From assembly GCA_965644265.1 (NCBI GenBank), contig OZ286463.1:60388001-60452000 (forward strand): a stretch of 64,000 bases of DNA, written 5' to 3'. Within the stretch, counting starts at the first letter, position 1, and the number at the start of each line of letters is the position of its first letter. Source of the DNA: Glycera tridactyla. Lineage: Eukaryota. Position numbers and translations under genes: made by a program. Below, one piece after another: positions 12,818 through 24,989 of the stretch. The notes under the pieces were generated by a model. That model saw only the letters and a program-made list of their open reading frames with translations. It did no database searches and was not told where the DNA came from.

Positions 12818-13620
12818 GCAGTGTCATTAATGACACTGCCCTGATTATCAGGGCAGAATCCTTAATGTTCCCAATGGCCTGGTAATATGGTTGTGGTACA
12901 TTGAGTTTTCAACCTATTTTTCAAATATTTTGCATATGATGAGCATAAGACTTCTAGTTTATATTTTTGCATGTAACTGCCATGGCTGTCCCTAGCAACC
13001 AAGGTCAAGGTCACATGAAGATCAAATCCCCTAATTTTTTTACCTACCATATTTGATGCTAAATATACAGGCCGTTCCACTCATCAGGGAAATGAGCATT
13101 AACCTTCAGCATGAAGCTATGTTGTCAACTTCCACGAAAATCATAGGGCCTTGACACATGGGACAATAGTCTGCGTTAATGTAAGAGAAGTTTCCATGGG
13201 AACTTGCAAAAATACTGAATTTTGACATATTCCAGCCCACCTGATTGAGAAAACTTCCATCGACCATCTGGGCCCTATGGTTTTCTATTAGGGCCTTGTG
13301 GGTTGTATATTAATATGAACTCTAATCTCATGCGTAGGGGCAGGAACAGCCTGTACGAATTGAAAAAACGTGATTTTTTACACACTTTTGGTCATTTGTC
13401 CTGGGTTACCATAGCAACCATGGAGCAAAGAACATGAACGTCTCTCGAAAATATCCTTGTAAGTCATATGATATGATGGCATAATTTTGTCATGCATTAT
13501 GTACATATATATCAACCGAGTGGTTAATTTTGATTTCCAGCCTAATTTCAAATGGTTACCATGGCAACCAGTGACTCTGCTTTTGAGAAAGCTCTATAGT
13601 AACCAGATTCTTCAGCTGTC
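12818..13620. mobile_element. Probable non-autonomous DNA repeat (MITE/HINE-like)
   Basis: Non-coding. It starts with two overlapping palindromes and carries caaggtcaaggtcac and repeated ggttaccat[a/g]gcaacc motifs (13404-13419, 13554-13569), which I recognise from abundant invertebrate interspersed repeats. Boundaries are approximate. Confidence 0.4.
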
Positions 13621-13883
13621 ATGTGTACACCACATTGACATATCTTCATGTTATTGATGGCTGGATTGAAAGTACTGTGGTACACCGGCTGACAAGGGCT
13701 AAATTTCCATTCATGCCATTAATTACACTGCGGTGGAAGAAGAGTCAACGATTTCAGAAAATTGCTCATATTTGGAATTGTCAATTGATATTGATTAAAC
13801 AGGCATTATTAGATTTTTAATGGTGAATAGATTACATTAAATTGCAATGAATAATTACTGCCATTCCCATTCTACCTTTCTCC

Positions 13884-15093
13884 ATGCCAAGCAGCCTATT
13901 GGCAACTGTGGACCAGTTACCAAGCCTTGTCAATTCTTGTAGGGTATTCCTTTATGCTGACGGCACTGCGATATGCGCTAGTGCCGATTCTGAGGCTGCC
14001 CTATTTGAGAAATTAAATCAAGACTCAGACATAATAAGCAAGTGGTTCCGCTCCATAAAATTATCCTTGAATGTATCAAAATCATCTCTGATGATTTTTG
14101 GAACGAGGCATCAGACGTCCGAAGTCCGAACCACTCACTTATCATCCAACAATGATAAAAAAAAGAGGGTGTAGTGTTTCAAATACTTTGGGGTGGTCCT
14201 TGACGAGAACCTGACGTTTGATAACCACGTAAGTCATCTGATTAAAAAGGTTAATACTCGTAAGGCGGCTCTGTCCAGGATTCGTAGGTTCATCAACCAG
14301 GATAGAGCTTTGTTTTTATATCATTCTCTCATCCAGAGCATTATTTGCTATAATGACTTCATATATGACAGCCTCAATGTCCATGCAGCACATAGATTAC
14401 AGATGTTGCAAAATCGTCGTCTGTGTACAGTTTGGAATAACTGGTCCAATCACTCAGCCACGGAATGCCATGTTGCTTTGGGTGTCCCATATCTGTCTGT
14501 TTTGAGGAAAAGACATCTAGATAATGAGATTTAAAAAGTAATGCTAACTCGAAGCAGATCAGTCTGTGGTCTTCTGTAGCATCTAGAGAAACTGGGCAAT
14601 CTGTAAGGAATGACCTGGAGGTTAGGCAAACGAGGACTGTTTTTGCTAGTGGCTGTATGTTTATGCTAGGCGAATGCCATTAGAATTCTATCACACCTAC
14701 TCAGAGATGTAATGTGAGTGAACATGCATTCAAGCGCAACATGAAGCTTTTCTTTCAGTGAGTAGCTGAGGAATGTTCCACTAATGTCTTCTATTTCAAG
14801 TGTCTAGGGACTTCTGTAAGGTGTGAACTACTATTAGCATCATGTACACTGCCCTCGTGTGACAGCAATACACTAGGCTGATATGTTGCTTAGATATTAT
14901 CATATGGTGTGGCTCACGCACTTCAGTATTTGCTAGTGCAGCTATGTTAGTGATAAACAGTTTCGAGACATTTTTTGCTGTTTCCTTACCACGTACTGTT
15001 GTATATATGTTCCATGGTTTTTTTTATGTCCACCAAAGCATGTAACTTGATCATCAATGCTTTTGTGAATAAGGTTTCTTCAATTCAATTCAA
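13884..15093 (+). mobile_element. 5'-truncated non-LTR retrotransposon (CR1/L2-group-like), RT C-terminus plus 3' UTR
   Basis: FLYADGT (YADD-derived), KWF...KLSLNVSKS, FKYFGVVLDENLTFDNHV..L.KKV, LYHSLIQS.ICY and RLQMLQNR, with a stop and frameshift near 14172. The short tail ttcaattcaattcaa at 15079-15093 follows gtgaataa. Confidence 0.85.
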
Positions 15094-16454
15094 ATGTCCA
15101 TGAGTTATTGGAGCGGATTGATTGGATTTCAATTCTATGCATTAAAGTTGTTTCACGAGATGACGAAGGTAATTGATATGATACATGGTGAATTCGGTAG
15201 CCTTCTGCTCATGATGAAAATGGCTGCTGGGAACACCGAATCTTCTGAAATCATCTTTCTTCTCCTTATGAACGTGTCCAATACCTGCCATATGTACTTT
15301 GATAGGCATAGCTGAAAAATGCACAAGATATCCAATGGAATAGGGACAGAAACATTCGACTAAAACAGTTATCTTTCGATCTTTTATTTTCACTGCAAAA
15401 TACGTCAATACGATGAGGATATAATTCGACTATTCATATTGTTTACATATCTTTATCCGAACACTGTTAATCTAAATTTTGGAATGTGGAACAAAATACA
15501 AATAAATGACATAAAGTGGGCATTCTTTCCTTCTCTCAAAAAAATATCTTCTCACAGATCACCGGCATCGATTGGTTTCTTCTTTAATCAACAAAAATAT
15601 TTCACATGGTACACATGTCTGCTATATACAATTCGACATACATTATACTGAATATATATACAAGTTTCACAAGATGTATATCCAGTATTTAAGATATCCG
15701 TATCTTTTGGGTTCAATTCATCAACATATGTGCATCACTCCCTATTAAACAAACGTCAAGCAGGTGCTGTGTTTTTCAATAATTGCGGGTCTAGCTATTT
15801 CTCTACAGAATCAAGAGTCAAGAGTACCCTTCATCCAACATGAAGGTTGGGACTATTCCGTATTGATCTGACGTAAACTATTCAGTACACTTCACCCATC
15901 TGTATTTCTGATCTGTACCATTGCAGCGCTGTATTGTCATGAGCCGAGTGTGGATCTCCAGTCCATGTGGAAAAAAAATCAATATGACAAATATGACAGT
16001 CTCTCAGATCATAGCATTACATCGTCTCTCTGTATGTATTACCCATATTGGCGCTCACACGAGGACGATAAAGACCTCTATCCAACGTGATGAGCCTATA
16101 GATGAAATTATATTATGTTCTGTTATGTTATATGTTACGTTATGTTATCACGTTTTTTTCCCTGAAAGTTCATAAAGCAAGAATGATTCTGTACCAAGAT
16201 GATTCTGTGATCCGCACAGAAGAATGACTAGTATCACTTGGCTCCGTTCCCAGTGTTATGATTCCGACCCTGACAAAAGACAGTGCTAATGCGATCAATG
16301 TATGTACCTCAGGAGAAACATGAATGATAACTACAGAAGGAACAAGTAGGCATTAAATTATCGAAACAGTCCTATTATGTATATACACTATTCACTCAGA
16401 ATGTAAAATGAAATAAGATGTACCCCTCCGCTTGTCTACCATTCAGCCTACCAT

Positions 16455-16575
16455 TATTTATTTATCTATTTATTAATAGATCTATTGATTTATTCATTCA
16501 TTCATTCATTCATTCATTCATTTATTTATTTATTTATTTATTTATTTTTTATCTTTTTATTTATTTATTTATCTA
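16455..16575. repeat. (ATTT)n/(ATTC)n microsatellite
   Basis: Directly visible runs. Confidence 0.9.
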
Positions 16576-17394
16576 TTCATATAGTATGTGGCTGGATGAA
16601 TCCACCTATAGAGACTGGGGACAATGGAAATGATTATGAGAATATACAGAATAGTTCTCTCTCACAAGAACATTGCTTGTGCTAATTAGAGGGGACCTGT
16701 GACTCAAGCCATTTTCATCTCAAGAACTTCCTGAAACAATTAGAGAAGTTTTGTTCAAAATGAAGTGAAATGTGTTATTTTGTTCTTAAAACAATAGTAA
16801 ACTACTACCACAGAATAAATATGCCTATCACACAAAAATAATTCGGATATCACAGTTTGATTATACGCTTGACAACACAATTAACAAGTGCCGCTGTGTG
16901 GGTGAGCAAGGGTGGCAGTATACTGAAGATATATGGACGAATTCAGTATCATCAATCAGAGCTGTGCACCTACTGAATACGTATACCGAATTATTGAAAC
17001 GTATTTCAAGGCCAAACGTGAACAAGAATCAAGTTTTCTCGTATATGGAGTTATTCTTGATTAAAGAGGATACATCAAGTTACACTAGAATGGCTGGTGC
17101 ACTGAACAATTTGACGCACTGGACTCTCTCTCCCTCTCTCTCGCCCCCTTTCCTCTCTCCACGCCTCTCTCTCCCCGTTTCTCTTCTATCTATCTCTACA
17201 TGATGTATCTATCTCGGTTCCTTATTTTCTGGCACGCCACCTCTCTGAGTAATCCGAGCACCTCATTTTTCAGTATAACATTATCAATTCCATCTACAAA
17301 CTCGAGAGTAACCATGATTGATTGCCTGTTTGAGACAGAATAATCAATAGAACACCGCACTGGAATCTGTCATCATATACTAATATGATTCCGT

Positions 17395-18360
17395 TGAGGC
17401 GACACACTTCATCACCAGCATCTGCAGTACAACTTTAGTGATGATAAGGTTGGAACTGTTGATATGGTGAGGTAGAGGTGAAGATGCTGGCATACAGGTT
17501 GTGATTGTGATAGGCATTGCATTGGATTGACGTTTCGTTATTATGATTGTTGTTGATGGTTGAGATGATGTTGGTGATGAAGGTGGCAATGGTGATGGTC
17601 GTGGTGATGGTAGTGGTGATAGTGGGTGGTGATTGGAGAGGTGGCAATTGGGTTTTGTCATTGAGATGCTGGCGGAGATCGTGATTGGGCTGGTGGCGAC
17701 AGAGGTGGTAATACATGCGGTTGTCAATGTGGCATTGATAGTGATGTCAGTGTTTCATTGCATCTGTGACAATGATTGTTAGGGTGTTGTTGATAATAAT
17801 GATGGTATTCATCCTGGTTGTGATAGCGATGATGATGGTTGTGTGGTGGTGATTGTGGTGGCCACTATGGCGGTGTTGGTGTTGCAGGTGATGGTAGGAG
17901 TGGTCTTTGTGCTCTGCAGATTATGGTGCTGGTCATCATGGCGGTGGCGATAATGGTGGTTTTCATCCTGATGTAATAGCCATGATGGTGGTTGTGTGGT
18001 GGTGATTGTGGTGGCCACTGTGGCGGTGGTGGTGGCCAATGTGGTGGTGGTGGTGCTGGTGGATGTGGTGATGGTGGATGTGGTCATCGTGTCCTGGTGA
18101 TGATGGTACTGGTCATCATGGTGGTGGCGATAATGGTGCTGTTCACTCTGATGGTGGTGGTGGTGGCAAAAATTATGGTGGTGATATTGCAGAACTGTGA
18201 TGGTGATGATGGTGGTGTTGTTGGATATGGTGATCGGGCTGGAGATCATGGTGGTGGAGATCATGGTGGTGGTGATGATAGTAGTGGCATTGATTGTGGT
18301 GGTCTCTGTTGTCGTGGTGATGGTTGTAGTGGAGATAATATGGGGTGGTCAATGAGGTTG
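17395..18360. repeat. Degenerate (GGT/GAT)n low-complexity tract with an internal duplication of about 155 bp
   Basis: catcctg.tgt.atagc.atgatg.tggttgtgtggtggtgattgtggtggccact.tggcggtg occurs at about 17810 and about 17965. Confidence 0.8.
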
Positions 18361-21300
18361 CAGTGTGGCAGGGACGGTAATACCACTGATGAAAGAGACC
18401 GTGGTATAAGCTCTACGGCATCTGCCCGACGTGACCTTAATACTAGTTAGTGCGAAATCAGCAGAGAGCAGAATATGTTGTGTTTAGAGCAGGGATACAT
18501 TTTTCATTAGCTACGGGACTTGATTTGATCATCATCTCTCCATTAGGTCTAGTGGTCACGGCGTATGCTGAGTAGTCAACGTCGCCGGAGGCAATAGTGT
18601 GGTGACGTCATTCACAAGTTCCTCATCACCATAATGGTATCTTGTTTCTCCCGATGGCTCATCACAGCTCGGCCCTGTTTCATCATGGTTCAACAACCCT
18701 AACACCATGATGCCTGTCGCTATTCCTGGCAAAATCAGATCCAATGTCTACTGTCTATATGTGTATCTGTTGGACAATCTCCCTGTATGTATGCCTGTAT
18801 CTCATAGCATGCCCAAAAGATCGCAGTTACTTTAAGCATAGGAGAACTCGGAAAAGAACAGAAATTCAAGCTCAGGGCTAAAGCAGCAATCGGAGAGATC
18901 ATGATGCTGATCAATCTGGACACCAACATATCTGAGCATCATCATCAGAAACACATCTTGGAGGTCATCAGAACAGGGGAATTGAGAAATCACACGAGAC
19001 ACTCAGACAATGTTGACACTACTAAGAATCTACAAAAAAAAACCTAAGCAAGAAGAAAGAATCCTCTGTTATAGATATTCATTGTGAACAAAAACCAAAA
19101 AGATCCATTGCTCTATTTAAAATAAATAGATCACAAGCCTACCCACACAAACCGGCATATAGTTCACACTATTCACTTGTTGATATAGTAGGAGTCATCC
19201 ATGCACCCCTGGACAAAATTATCAGTATAGTGTCAGCAAGTGATGACAAGAAGATTGGAGAGTGGCATATCATCCAGTCACTCGCAAAGTGCGGACACAC
19301 GGAACGTGTCTTCAACAAAACGATAAGATTCTTCAATATTCTATTCAAAGCTTCCCTTAGCAGCCAGCCATTGGAAGGAGACATGAAGAGTTTGCTCAGG
19401 ACTGGCTGCTTCAATCATGTCAATTTCAATAAAAAGATCCAAGCCCGAAATTCGAATCTTGCAGGGTCAGTGGCTCCTCAGTACCATGAATGTTCAGTAC
19501 AAGTCTGTCTGTCATCCAGTCTGTTTTCCTTCTGGTTTATCCGTCCCTCTATCTCTTGGCCTGTCTCTTTGTCTGAGCGTCTATCTTTCGGGCGGTCGGG
19601 CAGTTGATATATGACCAGTCGCTTAGTCGGCNNNNNNNNNNNNNNNNNNNNNNNNNNNNNNNNNNNNNNNNNNNNNNNNNNNNNNNNNNNNNNNNNNNNN
19701 NNNNNNNNNNNNNNNNNNNNNNNNNNNNNNNNNNNNNNNNNNNNNNNNNNNNNNNNNNNNNNNNNNNNNNNNNNNNNNNNNNNNNNNNNNNNNNNNNNNN
19801 NNNNNNNNNNNNNNNNNNNNNNNNNNNNNNNNNNNNNNNNNNNNNNNNNNNNNNNNNNNNNNNNNNNNNNNNNNNNNNNNNNNNNNNNNNNNNNNNNNNN
19901 NNNNNNNNNNNNNNNNNNNNNNNNNNNNNNNNNNNNNNNNNNNNNNNNNNNNNNNNNNNNNNNNNNNNNNNNNNNNNNNNNNNNNNNNNNNNNNNNNNNN
20001 NNNNNNNNNNNNNNNNNNNNNNNNNNNNNNNNNNNNNNNNNNNNNNNNNNNNNNNNNNNNNNNNNNNNNNNNNNNNNNNNNNNNNNNNNNNNNNNNNNNN
20101 NNNNNNNNNNNNNNNNNNNNNNNNNNNNNNNNNNNNNNNNNNNNNNNNNCTCTGTCCATTTCTTTCTGTGGGTATATTCTGTGTTTGGCTGATAGTCTGT
20201 CTAGTATACAAATGTTTCAGAAAAAAAGGATTGAGAAGGCATTGAAGCATTTGTAGAGATGGAGGGTTGAATATGGATGGGACAAACAGTCCTTCCTCAT
20301 GACTTACACCGCTCTTTGAACAAAATAATGGCAGTACTATCCTACGGATGTTGCCTGTTAGCTAGAGGGCAAAGGCGAATCCCAACCTAATGGATGGCCA
20401 TTCGGCAGCAATAATGAACATACAGAAAATGTCAATTATCCGCTTAACACCGCCTGGTGGCCTCTGCTGTAAATGTCTAACCAATTGTGCATACACTTTT
20501 ATGGTTGTTCACATGTTGCAGTCTGTATGTGTGGCGGCCGTGAGGTTTCTAATGTGAGTTATATGTCACATGGCCTCAGGTATTCATTCACCAGATATTG
20601 GATCGATGTGTATGTGGGATATCGGATATATTTATTTTTCATGAGGCATTCGACCCAAAAGTTACACAATGCGCAATTATATCTGACCGAAGTTTCGAAC
20701 CACTTCTGGAGTTTAACGCTAATCAAATACATCGATAAGACAACTGAATGCCCAATTAAGTCACTGTATCACATAGCAAAATTACTTGTAAAGATATCCA
20801 TGAGATATTCAGTCATATTTTTCAGGAACTTTTTGAAGTATAAAATAGCTGGTAAATGCATGATTATACAATTTTACATCTGAATTACTACCAAACTCCA
20901 CAGAAATTTGATGTGACGAAGCACCATATAAAAAGGTCGGTATCTCTGGTGTGATTTGCTACCAACACCTGTTTCCAAAAAATACAGTGGGTGAATTAAC
21001 TCACAGTAAGTAATCACTTGTTGAATGCAATCAATCAATCCCTATCTTCCTACTTATTCTTTGACGGACATGCTACATACATCACAACTAAAAACTGATT
21101 GAGGATGCGCCTCTGGGTAGACAAAAGGTATTTTCTCATTCAAAAAGGGAACTAGCATAGGGTTGTATAATGGCATGATAAATTGAAGGGGAGATACATG
21201 GGTGATGATGATTAACAACTGTTCTGATGTGATCATTCATCTGTAGAAATGATGACACCATCATCAGCAATTCCATCACCATTGAAGTGAAGTCATATTC

Positions 21301-22398
21301 ACTCGACGTGAAAGAAAAATGTTCTATAACAACAACCTAATGATCGACATCCACGTAACTAACGAGGGGGGTTATCTAAATCAAACCACAGTTATTTTGC
21401 AAATAATCAGAGTAATATACATTTTCATATATACTGTCACCTCTCTATTTACACAAAGGCCGCCTTTCGCTGAGGCAACCTACAATGTATCTGTATACAA
21501 TAGTCTTTGCCATATTCTCATATCAAATATTCACATGCATTACACTGAATTGGACGCTTGCACTCCTACACTGTTCCAGCAGCTCTGTGACTCCAGATAA
21601 TGTGTATTTGATCACCCACGTAAATTACCTGTTTTTGCGAGCAAGCAGTTTCAGTAGACAATCTTCCATTCTCCACTTTCTTTTCCAGTGAATATTCATG
21701 CGTCAACGCAGTTTGTGTTGTAACTATCGTATAAGCTAGGGCGTGATAACCACCTTAGGAATTGGACATTGAGCATGTATACCATAACTTAGTATGATGA
21801 TTTCTCACGTGCAAGATTTCTGCCGGAGTGCCTGTGAAAGAGTTTGGATTCTACGCAAGGTCTTTCTTGATATGGTACTGTGAACCTTTTCACTTGGTCA
21901 CCACTATGCCTTTGTTCACATATCTCTGAGATGCTGTTGCTGCTCGCTTCCCCTTGATTCGGCCCTACGTGTATGATAAGAACTTGAGGTCAAGTCCAAA
22001 GTCATATTCACACCCGAATCAGAAATATGATCTGCATTCCTTATTGCAAACTAGACAGAGCGAAGAAATGAGCGAGAGGAGTTCTCAGTACGCAAATGCA
22101 TAAAATATGATAGGGCTTTCCCAGGATAGAGATATGGTACTATATCACCGACGATGAAACTCTGTACGCGAAGGCCTCCCATATACGAGTGTCACTGAAC
22201 CCTCTCCACGTATCCCAAGTATCAGTAAATCCTACATTATTACTCATTTATGCATGGCATGCACCCTTGAGCTCACATTATAATGTCACCGTGCTGAGTA
22301 CCCTCTTGGATGATGTGAATCTCAGGATCGGCCGATTTAGGGGTAACCTCATAAGTGTTAAAAAGGGTGTGGCATTCGATCGTGATTGACACTGGCAT

Positions 22399-22973
22399 TC
22401 AATACATATAGAGAACGGCCATCATGAATAGTATAACCAGGCAAAGGACAACCAAAGCTATAGCCCAGGCTGGCACCACGGAATCATCATTGATGATAGC
22501 AGGAAGGGCGGGGCGTATGTGCCTTTCTGCTTGACTAGTTTGACTATTTTGATGCTGGTCCTTAGGATGGGTCATCCTGGACCCATTGTTCTGTAAATAG
22601 TCACTGGAATATTGACCAACATCTTCGTGCGCTTTCCCTTTGATTGAATTCTCACTGTGACCCTTCTGCGATATTTTGTTAGGATCAATCCTGTTGTTGT
22701 TGGCGTCATAATCTGATGACAATGACATCTGCGACTGGCAGCGGATCTTGGGATCAATTAGAGGAAATTTGCATCTGCTTGTAAGTATATCGAAGCACAT
22801 CTCTTGAAAGGGACATGCGCAGATGCATGCATGAGACTTGTTGCCCTTGCATTTGAAGTAGAGAGTGTCGTTAGATCTGTGTGGAAAGTGTCCTCTTGCG
22901 GGGCAATGGAATGTTGCTTGAGGGTCTCCAGAACTTGTGCATTTTGCTGAACGGCTGATACATGGACTCAATC
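22399..22973 (-). CDS. Exon encoding a chitin-binding type-2 (CBM14)-like Cys domain, a linker and a transmembrane helix; possibly pseudogenic
   Basis: Good acceptor ctaatacttttctgtttgtggtgtttgcag|GA. FHCPARGHFPH...YFKC....C.C.....FD.LTSRCKFP is followed by a hydrophobic VVPAWAIALVVLCLVILFMMAVLYMY*. The frame stays open about 40 codons past the TGA. Confidence 0.6.
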
Positions 22974-23319
22974 CTGCAAACACCACAAACAGAAAAGTAT
23001 TAGAACTTCATGTATAGAGATGTATTTCATCTGGTGACATGAGCATGATCCGACTGGCCTGAAATAGAAATGATACAGTCGAGAATTCGACGATACAAAC
23101 TTATATAGAGCGTGGGGTGAAATTCTCTCCCGTTTGACAGATATGTGCCATTTCAGTATGTATCGATATGTCAGTCTTGTTGGCGCATGAGTGCGCATGT
23201 GTCTGTTTTTCTGTGAATTTGTCATTTGTTTCTATTATCATGGGTGGCAATTTACAGTCAAATATGCCAAATCTGTCCATGCCTGTGTGTGTCCAACGTT
23301 TGTCTGTGTGTCTCTCACT

Positions 23320-23640
23320 CAACGCGTGTGTCTGTCTGTCTTTCTGTCTATGTCTGTCTGTCTATTTGTCGGTCAACAAGCTCGTTATCCGGTCTGTTCA
23401 TCTGTCTTTTCGTCTGCCCCCTCTCTCTCCCTCCTCTCTTCCCTTCTTCTCTCTCTCTCACACTCTCTCTCACTCCCTCTCTTTTCCTCACCCTCCTTTT
23501 CTCTCTCTCACTTTTTCTTTCTCCCTCACTCTCTATTTCTCTTTTTCTCATCATCCTTCTCTCTCACTCACTCTTTTACACTTTCTCTCATCATCCTTCT
23601 CTCTCTTTCTATTTCTCCCTCTCTCTCTTTCTATCTTTCT
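23320..23640. repeat. (GTCT)n and CT-rich low-complexity tract
   Basis: Directly visible. Confidence 0.85.
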
Positions 23641-24388
23641 CGCTATCCCCTGCGTGACCCATAACACGGACGTAAATCAGACACTTCATCGATTTACTAT
23701 CAATAAGCCCATCCATGCACTTGAGAGCAGCCGTTATTGATCGGCTATTGGAGACAGATTAATCAATATCTAATGTTACACCACACTACGATCTGTCAGA
23801 ATATACTCATTCAGTTTGGCAAACCACACCTCAGCGATAGTGATTCAATGTGGCTCTAGTTATAGTGGTTTTGGACTTTCATGAGAGGTTTATGTAGCAG
23901 GTCACACCGGTCATGCGGTTATTGGTGTTGCAGTTTTATGGTTATTATTTCGGTGAGAGCCAGACAACTGCTGGCGGTGCTGCGAGTCGTAGCAGGTCTG
24001 CTGGTGGTGACGTGGTGGTAAGTATATTGTTGATAGGGTGTAGATGGTGGTGTTGGTGGGTCTGGTGGTGGGTAGGGTGTTGGTAGATTTGGTGTTGGTG
24101 GTGGTGTGTTTTGTAGTGATGATGGTGGGTTTGGTGGTGGTAATGGTCTGTCGATCATCGATAGTGGTGGTGGTGGTGATGCTGAAGGTGGCGTTGAATT
24201 ATCCCTGTCTCTCCGTCTGTCTGTCTGTTTGTCTGTCTGTGAACATGGATATTGCCCATTTGTCTATCTGCCTGCCTGTCTGCCTACCACTATATCTCGC
24301 AGATGGCGCAAGCACTCAAAGTATATTCTTCGGAATCATTTCTCCGCGGTTTCTTATCTTTCTCAATACTGGATGAGGGGACATCCAA

Positions 24389-24574
24389 GTTCAATCACTA
24401 TACCATTTCTCCCTTAAATTAAGCATTCCCCGGACTGAATTGCCTACGTGCGAACATCATAACTACACGAAATAAATTTTGTGAACTGAAACCTCCCTCC
24501 GCTCCGTAGTTACCACTAGGTGGACACCGGATCTGAGGTCACTTCCTGTGCCTCTATTATCGATGTATTTTTCA
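24389..24574 (+). repeat. DIRS left inverted terminal repeat
   Basis: Reverse complement of 38078-38261 (e.g. ccatttctccct[t/c]aaattaagcattcccc...cctctattatcgatgtat). About 7 mismatches over about 170 bp by eye. Confidence 0.95.
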
Positions 24575-24989
24575 GCTTCGCCATTTTGGAGTGGTTGAGA
24601 AATACCCAGGCTCCGTGGAAACTACGAAATATTTTGTGTTTTCCATGTCGCCTACGGCTCCTTTCTGGTGCGTTAGTTGCGTATGTAGTTCCGTTGCGGA
24701 ATGAAACTACTGATGGCCATTTAGGAGTTTGCGAACTGTGTTATTTTGTGATTGTATGTTCAAGAGTATGTACATCACGAATGCCTTAACATTGATTGTG
24801 ATTGAACTTGTTGAAATAGCGTGATAGCCGTAAGGCTATCAGCTTGTGACTTTCATATCAGTATAGCGGTTTATTGAAATCGCTTTTGCTTGGTCACGCT
24901 TTGCGTGACGCGCGAGTTGCGTAACTCAGGTTACGCAACTGTTGCGAGGTCAGTAGTACCGTACTACTGCAAATAATTGTACCTGAGAA

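Noticed and set aside
18800-19500. Possible death-domain or NLR-like relic
   Set aside because: The composition looks protein-like, but I could not match enough diagnostic residues to support any family.
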